Assembly: GCA_944388775.1 (NCBI GenBank)
Contig: CALXKC010000001.1
Span: 3,714 to 67,713, forward strand
Direction of reading: 5' to 3'
Length of the DNA stretch: 64,000 nt
Origin: an uncultured Clostridia bacterium
GTDB lineage: Bacteria > Bacillota > Clostridia > TANB77 > CAG-508
Shown here in pieces: positions 42,737 through 52,011 of the stretch. Below the pieces are notes generated by a model. The model made no database searches. It saw only the letters and a list, made by a program, of their open reading frames with translations, and was not told the origin of the DNA. The translations under genes and the position numbers were made by a program. Within the stretch, counting starts at the first letter, position 1. Every line of letters starts with the position of its first letter.

Positions 42737-43528
42737 TTATTTTCCAATCAATATTTGTGTTCCATTACTATTAATCGTATAACTATCCAAATATATTAAA
42801 TCTGACACCTTTACAACCTCAAAACCTTTTTGCTTAATATTTTTGAGCAACATATCCAAACTATCTGCTGTATGTTTTGTTCCATTATGACTTAATATTA
42901 TATCCCCTGCTTTTATCTTGCCATCTAATCTACTCCACATTTCTTCACCAGTTAGTCCAGTATAATCTAAAGTATCTAAATTCCATTGAATTGTATAATA
43001 TCCTTTGTCATTTGCGGCTTGTATTACAGTATTGTTATATTCCCCATATGGTGCTCTATATATTTTTGTTCTTGTGCCAGTAATTTTTTCAATCTTATCA
43101 TTACTTTTTTCTATTTCTTCTATATTTTGCTCATAACTCAAATTATTGACATGTGGATGTGTGTCACTATGACTTGCTATTTCATGCCCTTCGTCATATA
43201 TCTTTTTTACTGCTTCAGGGAATTTTTCTATCCAATCTCCTACCATAAAAAATGTTATTTTTGTATCATTGTTTCTTAAAACTTCTAATATCTGGTCTAT
43301 GTCGTCTGCATTCCATGCACAATTCATTGTGAATGCCACTTTTTTCTCTTCTGTTTGGACATTGTATATTGGTAATAATTTACTATTTTCAGATGATGTT
43401 GTTATCGCTTCGTCTTTGTTTCCTATTGTTCCGGCAATACAGAATAGTATTACTACTGTTATTATTGATACTAAGTATGTACATATTTTTTGTTTGTTAA
43501 ATACAAAGAACATTTTTAAAACCTCCAA
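42737..43528 (-). CDS. polysaccharide deacetylase (PdaB-like)
   Basis: NodB domain motifs incl. HSDTHPH. Confidence 0.8.
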   Translation of the reverse strand: MEVLKMFFVFNKQKICTYLVSIITVVILFCIAGTIGNKDEAITTSSENSKLLPIYNVQTEEKKVAFTMNCAWNADDIDQILEVLRNNDTKITFFMVGDWIEKFPEAVKKIYDEGHEIASHSDTHPHVNNLSYEQNIEEIEKSNDKIEKITGTRTKIYRAPYGEYNNTVIQAANDKGYYTIQWNLDTLDYTGLTGEEMWSRLDGKIKAGDIILSHNGTKHTADSLDMLLKNIKQKGFEVVKVSDLIYLDSYTINSNGTQILIGK

Positions 43529-43665
43529 GTTAAAGCTACTTAATTGTATGCTTTTACTTGGAGGAAAATTCCTAACATTTTATTTTTTGCATTCATTTAT
43601 CTAATATTTTTCTATAATCTAATTAGCTTTTTCTAAAACTAAGTGACATATCCTCACCTCTATTT

Positions 43666-44019
43666 TTAACTATTACTATTATCTAATATCTTTTGTAAAT
43701 CTGCTTTCAATTGTACAATATCATTTGTTACTATATCCCAAATAAGATTTAATTTTATTCCCTCATAATCATGAACGATTTTGTTTCTTAAATTTTTTAT
43801 AATAATCCATTCTATATTAGGATATTTTTCCATTGTCTCTTTACTTATGTTCTTGACTAATTCACCTATTTGGCTAATCGCAAAAATAGTGGCATCTACT
43901 TTTTCCTCATTACTTGAAAATGATTGAAAATCGCACCCGTCAGTATATCTTAATGCTTTATCTATATATTCTATCATCTTTTTTAATGACATATATTCTT
44001 TATTTTTCATATACAACAA
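43666..44019 (-). CDS. hepT: HepT-like HEPN toxin (DUF86)
   Basis: RNKIVHDY Rx4-6H motif; overlaps the upstream MNT gene. Confidence 0.7.
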   Translation of the reverse strand: MLYMKNKEYMSLKKMIEYIDKALRYTDGCDFQSFSSNEEKVDATIFAISQIGELVKNISKETMEKYPNIEWIIIKNLRNKIVHDYEGIKLNLIWDIVTNDIVQLKADLQKILDNSNS

Positions 44020-44308
44020 CTCCTGTTTCTTTTATTTCCTTGTCAATTGATGAATCTTTTATTATTTCATATTTTTCAAATCCATCAATATTTTTTTTCA
44101 ATTTTTCTTCTATTTGGCATATTAATTTTAATAGTGCAAATCCTTTTAATTCTGAATTTGTATCTATTATTAAATCCACGTCACTTTCTTTTGTTGCCTC
44201 TTGTTTTGCATAAGAACCAAATAGTATTACTTGATATACAGGTTTATCTTTTAAAAATTCTTTTAATATTTTTTTTATTTCATCAATTGTATATATTTTT
44301 TCACTCAT
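44000..44308 (-). CDS. mntA: MntA-like nucleotidyltransferase antitoxin
   Basis: GSYAKQEATKESDVDL minimal NTase motif. Confidence 0.75.
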   Translation of the reverse strand: MSEKIYTIDEIKKILKEFLKDKPVYQVILFGSYAKQEATKESDVDLIIDTNSELKGFALLKLICQIEEKLKKNIDGFEKYEIIKDSSIDKEIKETGVVVYEK

Positions 44309-44373
44309 AATATCACTCCTTACACTATGCTATTAATATAGCATAATTTATAATATTTATCAATTCCTATTCA

Positions 44374-45231
44374 TTATCTTTTAATATTATAAACATATCC
44401 TACTTCTTTATATTTTTTTCCTTCTTTTTCAAAATACTTTTCATCAGATAACAAATTTCCACCCATTTTTTCATAGAACTTTCTTGCATTTTGATTTTTC
44501 TCTAAACACCATATTACCATTTTAGTTTTATTTTTATTTTTTAAATCCTTCTTTACATATTCTATTAATGTCCTTCCTATTCCATTTCCTAACTTATCGC
44601 AATCTACATATATTGCTATAATCTCTGAATCTATATCAGTATTTTCATAAATTGCATTATCATCATATCTGCAATATCCTAATATAGTGCCATTTTCTTC
44701 TGCAACAATCACATTTCCTATATTGTAATGTTTTCTCCATTTTTTTATTTTTTCTTCTCTATTAAGATTATTCAAAATCTCATCATCTATTATTCCTTTA
44801 TATACTTTTTTCCAGTCTTTGATATTTATATCAACAATTTGTTCAATATCTTCATATTTTACTTTTCTAATTATTAAGTTATCGTAATTACATCTAAAAC
44901 TATTACTTAATAAAGCAATTTTTATTCCTACAACGCCATATTCTCTTTCTTGTTCTTTTGAATAAAATTGATACATTGATTTGGTCTTTCTTTCTATTTC
45001 TTCCTCATCTGTATAAATTTTTTTAAATAAGTTTTCAAATGTTTTATCTCTGTATATATCTAATACATCTACCAATATTTTTTCTTGTAAATCTGGTAAC
45101 TTTGAAAATTCTATTTTATCTCCGATTTTTACTTTTTTCCTTTTTTCATCATATAATCTAAATTCTATTGTTTTTGTTCCATTTTTTATTCTTTCAAATG
45201 GACTTTCGTTCAATTTCATTTTATGAATCAT
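44374..45231 (-). CDS. ASCH domain plus GNAT acetyltransferase fusion protein
   Basis: N-terminal ASCH-like beta barrel; C-terminal GNAT motif A. Confidence 0.6.
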   Translation of the reverse strand: MIHKMKLNESPFERIKNGTKTIEFRLYDEKRKKVKIGDKIEFSKLPDLQEKILVDVLDIYRDKTFENLFKKIYTDEEEIERKTKSMYQFYSKEQEREYGVVGIKIALLSNSFRCNYDNLIIRKVKYEDIEQIVDINIKDWKKVYKGIIDDEILNNLNREEKIKKWRKHYNIGNVIVAEENGTILGYCRYDDNAIYENTDIDSEIIAIYVDCDKLGNGIGRTLIEYVKKDLKNKNKTKMVIWCLEKNQNARKFYEKMGGNLLSDEKYFEKEGKKYKEVGYVYNIKR

Positions 45232-45302
45232 ATTTTTTACCTCTTTTCTTAACTTTTATAAATTTATAGTAATTATATAATTTCAAAAAAACTATTGCAA
45301 TA

Positions 45303-45485
45303 CTATTTTGCCTTAATTTCAATAAAAAAGACTACTAACTCAAAAATTAGTAATCCATTCCGAAATCCTAAAATAACTTGTTTTTTATTCCTATCATAAA
45401 AGTAATTGATTTTTGATACTAAGTATGTACATATTTTTTGTTTGTTTAATACAAAGAACATTTTAAAAAACTCCAAATAACGCAT
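45303..45485 (-). pseudogene. duplicated 5' fragment of the pdaB-like gene, including its leader
   Basis: first 17 codons and ~130 bp upstream nearly identical to 43470-43600. Confidence 0.5.
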
Positions 45486-45893
45486 ACAATTAAGTAGCTT
45501 TTACTTGGAGGAAAATTCCTAACATTTTATTTTTATTAAACTTTATATAATTTTTTTCACATATACCTTATTCTGCTATTACTCCTTGCAGACATATTAT
45601 ATCCGCATTTTCGTCTTTCAAGCAATTTAATACATTATAACATATAGTTATTTAATATCCTCTCTAAAAAATTCCATGGTCCAGTTTTCTCTGTTAATCC
45701 TTCATAATTATTATTTATTCTTTCTAATATTTCTTTTTTAGTAAAATATTTTACTTCTGAAACTTCTTCCTTTTGTAAATCTATTTCTGCTATATCTATT
45801 TCTTTTGTAATCAAATAGCATTCATTAGTTTATTGTTACTGTATTTTTATTTTAATTCTTATTATTTTTTTCATAATCTCATGCTCTCTAACC

Positions 45894-46277
45894 TCATTCT
45901 ATAATCTCATGTTTAAAAAATCTTTCTTGAAATTCTACCAATGCCTCAATTTGTTGTTTAGTATATATCTTTTCTTCAGGAGCAATAACTAATTTATCGT
46001 CATTATCATCCAATCTATGTATTGCTGCTATACATTCACCATCAAATTCTTTTACTGCTTCAAATACACCTATAATATACACATCTAATTCTTTTCCATC
46101 ACCACTAACTGTATTTGGAACATATCCATAGTTGATTGGATATATTGATTCTGGGAAATGAGGATGCTCTGTTCCCATTGGTCTGTCTACAACAACATGA
46201 ACTTTTTTTCCTAAATAATCTTTAAAACTTGCTTTTTCCATCTTTATTATCATTCCTTTCTCAAGGCATAAATTCAT
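45894..46277 (-). CDS. small inorganic-pyrophosphatase-like protein
   Basis: GDGKELDVYIIG resembles the family I PPase signature; low confidence. Confidence 0.35.
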   Translation of the reverse strand: MNLCLEKGMIIKMEKASFKDYLGKKVHVVVDRPMGTEHPHFPESIYPINYGYVPNTVSGDGKELDVYIIGVFEAVKEFDGECIAAIHRLDDNDDKLVIAPEEKIYTKQQIEALVEFQERFFKHEIIE

Positions 46278-46414
46278 TTTAGCCTTTGACCTTTATTTCT
46301 AACACATTTATACCACTTTTATTCTAAAACATCAACATAATTTTCCATTTTTGACTAAATTATATAAATCTGTTAAAATACAAAATAACTAAAAATATTC
46401 AAGGAGATTTAAAT

Positions 46415-46906
46415 ATGGAACGAATTGATAAAATAAACTATTATTTAGACATAGCAGAAACAATTTCAGAAAGAGGGACATGCCTTAGAAAAAACTTTGG
46501 AGCAATAATAGTAAAAAATGATGAAATCATATCTACTGGATATACGGGAGCTCCAAGAGGAAGAAAAAATTGCATTGATTTAGGTGTTTGTACCAAGAAA
46601 AAAATTTTTCCAGATGTTAGACATTCTGGGTATGATGCTTGCAGAAGTGTTCATGCCGAACAAAATGCTATGCTTAGTGCTGCACGTAAAGATATGATAA
46701 ATGCAGATTTATATTTAGTTGGCATTAGACATGATACCAAAGAATACGAAGAAGGCGCTCTTCCTTGTCAAATGTGTAGAAAACTTATAATTAATTCTGG
46801 TATCAAAAATATCTATGTTAGAATAGATAAAAATAATTACACTACAATTGATGTAAATGATTGGATTCAAAATGATGATTTATTAAATGGAAAAATCACA
46901 TATTAA
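46415..46906 (+). CDS. dCMP deaminase (ComEB-like)
   Basis: HAEQNA and PCxxC zinc motifs. Confidence 0.85.
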   Translation: MERIDKINYYLDIAETISERGTCLRKNFGAIIVKNDEIISTGYTGAPRGRKNCIDLGVCTKKKIFPDVRHSGYDACRSVHAEQNAMLSAARKDMINADLYLVGIRHDTKEYEEGALPCQMCRKLIINSGIKNIYVRIDKNNYTTIDVNDWIQNDDLLNGKITY

Positions 46907-46952
46907 AAGGCATTGCATATTGCAGTGCCTTTTACACAAATCATTCTATATA

Positions 46953-47789
46953 CTAAACTAAATTTGAGCCTAACACATATTCCTCTAAGCACAAATTTTG
47001 TTCTTTCATTTTCTTAGCATGTTCTGGTCCAACATATCTCCAATGCCAAGGCTCATATTCAATACCTGTTATATCCTCCTTTTCCTTTGGATATCTTAAA
47101 ATAAAGCCATAATCACTTGCATTTTCAAGCAACCATTTATATGCTTTTGTATTTTCAAAACCTTCATCTACATTATTAAAATCAACAGCTAGTCCTAAAT
47201 GATGTTCACTTGTTCCCGGTCTATTTATATATTCATCCGTCAACTTTTGAGCTTCTTCTTGACTCTTTCCTTGTTTTAAATATTTATTTATACTTTTTTC
47301 ATACAACCCTTTTTGATATTCTATACTTCTATATGTTGATTGAGCCCAAATATTTTTTATTCCTCGGTCTCTCATATCACATATCATTTGTTTTAATGGC
47401 TCTATTGCTCTTTTATCAAATTTCCTAGAAGCATCTAAATTTTCAAGTTCAACAGTAAAATCATCTGGTAGAGGATTATCTCTATTTACAAGCCTTATCT
47501 GCCAGTCATCTAATAGACTCAAATTATTAGATGCTGTTACCGTATTAGATGAATTTTCTGTGCCAGTCTCATTAGTCGAATTAGTTGTGTTTTGTGATTG
47601 TTCAGAATCATCATTATTACTTATTTCCTCTGTCTCGAAATTAGTTGCTTGTCCATTATTTATAATAACTTTTCTTGCCACAATAACTACTACTGCTATA
47701 ATTATCAATAAAAATAGAATTATAGACAATTGTAAAACATGTTTATTTGCTAATCTATTTAACTTTTCTTTTCCACCCTTTTTTCTCAT
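46953..47789 (-). CDS. VanY/M15B-family D-alanyl-D-alanine carboxypeptidase with N-terminal anchor
   Basis: SEHHLGLAVDF motif. Confidence 0.75.
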   Translation of the reverse strand: MRKKGGKEKLNRLANKHVLQLSIILFLLIIIAVVVIVARKVIINNGQATNFETEEISNNDDSEQSQNTTNSTNETGTENSSNTVTASNNLSLLDDWQIRLVNRDNPLPDDFTVELENLDASRKFDKRAIEPLKQMICDMRDRGIKNIWAQSTYRSIEYQKGLYEKSINKYLKQGKSQEEAQKLTDEYINRPGTSEHHLGLAVDFNNVDEGFENTKAYKWLLENASDYGFILRYPKEKEDITGIEYEPWHWRYVGPEHAKKMKEQNLCLEEYVLGSNLV

Positions 47790-47838
47790 TTCAATACTCT
47801 ATGATAACTTGTATCATACCTTTCCTTTTAATAGCTTA

Positions 47839-49014
47839 CTATTTTATGACTAATCCGCTTCCATTTTCAATATAGTTATATTGGTCTATATCACTTTCTG
47901 ATTCAAAATAATCCCAAGGCTCACCACCTATAATCTCACCTGTAGTTGCATCAACAAAATAACTATAACCAGAAAGCTCTCCCTCTTTAATTTTATCATA
48001 TTTTAAAGTTACAATCCATACTTTTCTAACTCTTTCTTCTGTAATATAATAAGTCTTTTCTCCAACAGGCAACTCTCTTTGTTTTTGATATTCATCTCCA
48101 AATTTTTCTCGCTCATATGCATCACTATTCATCTTTTCAATTCTAATATCTGCTTTTATCTCTTTAATCTGTGCATCTGGCTCTATTTGCTTATCTTTCT
48201 CCTCTGCTATTTTTATAGCATCTTCTTTTGATAATTCTACTGGATTATTTTCAAACTTCTTGCTTTCTACTGAATATGAATAAATCTCATTTATTCCAGG
48301 AATCCAGCCAATATTTACATAGTCATAATGATTAAATAACTCTCCATATTTTCTTTCAAATGTTGCATACCAAATATATGAATCCTCTTCTGTTCCCATA
48401 TTGCAATTTAATTTTACAATTTCATAATCTTGACTATCCTCTTGATACCTATTCAAAAAATCATATGCTACCTCCAGTGCTTCTTCCTTTGTCGAACGCC
48501 CTGAAACATCTCTTCCTGTTGATGGAATACTTAAACTTTTAAATTCTCCATTAGTAGCATCAATTTCAATTGACGCATTTCCACCATAAACTACCCATGA
48601 TTTTTCTCTTTTTGATGAATCAATTAGCATTGAGCCTGTTTGAGTTTCTGCATTAATTCCAAATTTTTTTAGCACTTCATTTCCCTTTTTTAATGCTTCC
48701 TCTTTAGAAATACAATCAGCCATCTCTTCTTCTAAAATTTTTTCTTCTCCCTCAACTATATATGCATCACCAATTTTCTTGTATGTAATTTTATATTCTT
48801 CTGGCTCTTTCCATACTTTCTGATAAGTTACTACACTTGCATACCCTATCCCTACTGTGATGCCAATCGCTAGTACAAAAGTTGCTACCATTTTCATCGG
48901 AGCAAATTTATTCATTTTAAATTCAGTCTGATAAAATTTATTTTTAATTTTATTGTTTCTCAACTTCTCTTCTTTTTTATAGATTTCTTCTATATATTGT
49001 CTATTATCCTTCAT
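47839..49014 (-). CDS. putative membrane anti-sigma factor
   Basis: translationally coupled downstream of the ECF sigma gene; single TM. Confidence 0.45.
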   Translation of the reverse strand: MKDNRQYIEEIYKKEEKLRNNKIKNKFYQTEFKMNKFAPMKMVATFVLAIGITVGIGYASVVTYQKVWKEPEEYKITYKKIGDAYIVEGEEKILEEEMADCISKEEALKKGNEVLKKFGINAETQTGSMLIDSSKREKSWVVYGGNASIEIDATNGEFKSLSIPSTGRDVSGRSTKEEALEVAYDFLNRYQEDSQDYEIVKLNCNMGTEEDSYIWYATFERKYGELFNHYDYVNIGWIPGINEIYSYSVESKKFENNPVELSKEDAIKIAEEKDKQIEPDAQIKEIKADIRIEKMNSDAYEREKFGDEYQKQRELPVGEKTYYITEERVRKVWIVTLKYDKIKEGELSGYSYFVDATTGEIIGGEPWDYFESESDIDQYNYIENGSGLVIK

Positions 49015-49564
49015 ATGTCATCCCCTCCTCTTCTAATAATTTTTTTAATTTCTTCTTAGCTCTGTTCAATAATGACTTAACTTGTCCTATATTTTTATTC
49101 ATTACTTTTGCTATATCTTTATATTTCATCTTCTCAAATGTTGATAAATAAATTACTGCTTGATAATCTGGTTTTAATTCTTTTAACTTTTTATTTAACA
49201 TCTGATTATTATCATTTTTATAAATTATAGCTTCTAACTCTTTATCTTCTTTTGTGAAATTTTCAACCTCTTTTAAACTCACAACCTTCTTTTCTCTTTT
49301 TATATAATTTATTGCTCTACATTTTGCTATCATAAATATGTACGTTTTAAATGAATACTGAAAATCATATTTCTCTTTATTTAAAAGAATATATACAAAT
49401 ACATCTTGTGATATATCTTCTGCAATAGATATGTCTTTTGTATATCCTGAAATAAAGAATATAATCTGATTTTTGTATTTTATGACTAATTGCTCAAATG
49501 CTTTATTATCACCATTTAAATACTTCTTATATAATTCTTTATCTGATTGTTCCTCTGGATTCAT
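49004..49564 (-). CDS. ECF-type sigma-70 factor
   Basis: regions 2 and 4 recognisable. Confidence 0.8.
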   Translation of the reverse strand: MNPEEQSDKELYKKYLNGDNKAFEQLVIKYKNQIIFFISGYTKDISIAEDISQDVFVYILLNKEKYDFQYSFKTYIFMIAKCRAINYIKREKKVVSLKEVENFTKEDKELEAIIYKNDNNQMLNKKLKELKPDYQAVIYLSTFEKMKYKDIAKVMNKNIGQVKSLLNRAKKKLKKLLEEEGMTYEG

Positions 49565-49707
49565 TTTTCAACCTTCTCCCCTTGCTTATACTCATTCATT
49601 TATTATACAATCAACAATTCATTTTGTTACGATTTTCTTGTAAATTTGTCCAAAAAAAATACATCCTAGATATTTAATTATCTAAGATGCATAAATTTAG
49701 TTATATT

Positions 49708-50172
49708 TTAATCAAATAAAGCTCTATTGTTATTATAAAAATCAAAATCATCATAATAACTGCTATCATAATCCAAGCTATCTAATCCTTCTGAAAGTCC
49801 AATTACCATTCCAAAAAATACTAAAGCAACAAACATAATTATAGAAATTACTAAACCAATTGCTCCTGTAATTAATCCTGCAATTGCCATTCCCTTTTTA
49901 GATGATTTTATTCCAATTATTCCGAATATTATTGCAAGTATACCACAAGGTACTGAAATATACCATATACAACAAAGTACAATCGCAATAATTCCAAGTA
50001 CTAAAGCTGCTATACTAAATCCTTTTTTGTCTTTTTCAGTTTCTTCTTTTACAACTTCTACTTTAGGCTCTTCTTTTGGTGCTTCTGTCTTAACTTCTTC
50101 ATTTTTCTCTTGTTTTGTCTCTTCAACTTTCTCTATTTCTATTATATCATCTTTATTTTCTTCCATGCACAT
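49708..50172 (-). CDS. DUF4190-like small membrane protein
   Basis: acidic N-terminus, two TM helices. Confidence 0.4.
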   Translation of the reverse strand: MCMEENKDDIIEIEKVEETKQEKNEEVKTEAPKEEPKVEVVKEETEKDKKGFSIAALVLGIIAIVLCCIWYISVPCGILAIIFGIIGIKSSKKGMAIAGLITGAIGLVISIIMFVALVFFGMVIGLSEGLDSLDYDSSYYDDFDFYNNNRALFD

Positions 50173-50250
50173 CTCCTCCTCATATTATATATTAATTTTG
50201 AAATCTCATATTGTCTATCATATTCTAATTATACTATATTATTAATAATT

Positions 50251-50622
50251 TTACAATAAATTTCGCAATATTGTGTATAAAATTAGTAATATGACAAAAA
50301 TTATTGAATACCAATATTTTGGATATATCCACTCTGCTATTTTTTCTTTCCTATTTAGATTTATAATATATATCACATTACATATTAATAAATATATTAT
50401 TGTTAGAAAAAAAATCATGTGTGAAAAAAATGCTTCTTTGAAATTTCCTTGTAATAAGTTTATAACACATCTTGTTCCACCACATCCTGGACATAAAATT
50501 CCTGTATTTTTATAAATCCAACATTCTGGCAAATACCCAAGTATTTTGCTATTTGCAAATATTATTCCAACAATTAATATTAGTATTTCTATTGATATTA
50601 TAATTAAACTTTTTTTATTCAT
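50251..50622 (-). CDS. DUF2752 membrane protein
   Basis: CPGCGGTRC motif. Confidence 0.55.
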   Translation of the reverse strand: MNKKSLIIISIEILILIVGIIFANSKILGYLPECWIYKNTGILCPGCGGTRCVINLLQGNFKEAFFSHMIFFLTIIYLLICNVIYIINLNRKEKIAEWIYPKYWYSIIFVILLILYTILRNLL

Positions 50623-50810
50623 ATTTTCCTCATTTTCATTTATCAGGCTTAACTTCTTCTATAAATATTATAATCTATTTTATTTAAATTTTCTAGATAT
50701 ATTAATATTTATTTTTCAACTCTATTCTTCAACATTCTACATTTTTCTGCATAATATATATAAACACTATTATTGTAATAATAGGTAAAAAAAGAAAGGA
50801 AGTTTTTAAT

Positions 50811-51353
50811 ATGGAAATGAATGAAAATAAACACTGTTGCCCAATTCTAGATATAGATGGTGTGATTTCAGGAGGAAAACAATTTGACTTAGACATCACT
50901 TTACCAGAAGATAATCGTGATGTAATATATGGTGTTGTAAAAAATTGTTTTAAAGAACCAGTTTGTGATGCAGTTGTAAAATTGGTTGAAGTTGCTTGTG
51001 AACATGGAAAAGAAGAAAGAAGACCAATAGGACACACATTTACAGATAAAGAAGGAGAATTCGTATTTGGACCATTATGTCCTGGAAAAGCATACGCTAT
51101 TCAAATTTGGGTAAATGACACTAATAAGATAAAAATATGTGCAAAATGTCATCATGAAGGTAAATGTTTAAAAGGTGACAAACATGAAAAATGTGATTGC
51201 TTCATAGATGGAAAAATGGATTTTTGTGATAAAAAAGAACATGACAAAGATGACTGTGACAAAAAACATGATTGTTGTAAGAAAGATGATTACTACGAAA
51301 AAGAAGAATGTCACAAAAAAGATGACTATTTCGAAAGAAAAGAATGCAGATAA
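50811..51353 (+). CDS. Cys/His/Asp/Lys-rich protein with low-complexity repetitive C-terminus, possible metal-binding or spore-coat protein
   Basis: composition; followed by hairpin terminator 51372-51396. Confidence 0.4.
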   Translation: MEMNENKHCCPILDIDGVISGGKQFDLDITLPEDNRDVIYGVVKNCFKEPVCDAVVKLVEVACEHGKEERRPIGHTFTDKEGEFVFGPLCPGKAYAIQIWVNDTNKIKICAKCHHEGKCLKGDKHEKCDCFIDGKMDFCDKKEHDKDDCDKKHDCCKKDDYYEKEECHKKDDYFERKECR

Positions 51354-51402
51354 CTTATATAATAAAACTATTTAAAGGGCTTGATTAAGCCCTTTATTGT
51401 GT

Positions 51403-51543
51403 CTACATCATTCCCATTTTTTTAGCAAATTGCTTTCCCTTTTTCATTATTTTCTTTTTATTCATCATATCAGATTCTGCATACATCATCATTAAGCCTG
51501 TTGTTATTAATCCACCTATCACAACACCTTTAACAAATTTCAT
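51403..51543 (-). CDS. 46-aa hydrophobic/basic small protein
   Basis: ATG with GGAGGTG RBS; below the ORF-track size cut-off. Confidence 0.25.
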   Translation of the reverse strand: MKFVKGVVIGGLITTGLMMMYAESDMMNKKKIMKKGKQFAKKMGMM

Positions 51544-51632
51544 TTTATCCCACCTCCTCATTTTTCTAAATAAAAAATCCTCTATTGCTAATTTTGGTTT
51601 TACTTATTATATTATTTGTTATTTTTTCTTTT

Positions 51633-51998
51633 TTATGCTTTTTTGTATGATTTTACAATGGTATATATTTCATGAATAGCAATTATTGCTAGAAAAATTC
51701 CGAACAATCTTTTTAAAATTTTGACATCCATATTTATTGAGATATTTGCACCTATAATCGCTCCTAATATTCCAAATATTGATATAATTAAAGCTGATTT
51801 CAAATATATATTTTTATTTTTCAAGTTTACTATTATTGCCACTATTGAAGTTGGAACAAAAAATATCAAATTTGTTGCCTGTGCTATATGTTGCTCCACT
51901 CCCATAAAAAATGTAAGAAGAAAAATTAATATTGTTCCTCCTCCCATTCCTGTTCCACTTACAATTCCTGACACAACTCCTATCAAAATCTCTATCAT
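51633..51998 (-). CDS. half-size TSUP (TauE/SafE) family 4-TM protein
   Basis: G-SG-G-GGG motif in TM1, single 4-TM repeat. Confidence 0.6.
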   Translation of the reverse strand: MIEILIGVVSGIVSGTGMGGGTILIFLLTFFMGVEQHIAQATNLIFFVPTSIVAIIVNLKNKNIYLKSALIISIFGILGAIIGANISINMDVKILKRLFGIFLAIIAIHEIYTIVKSYKKA

Positions 51999-52011
51999 AA
52001 AAAAACCTACT

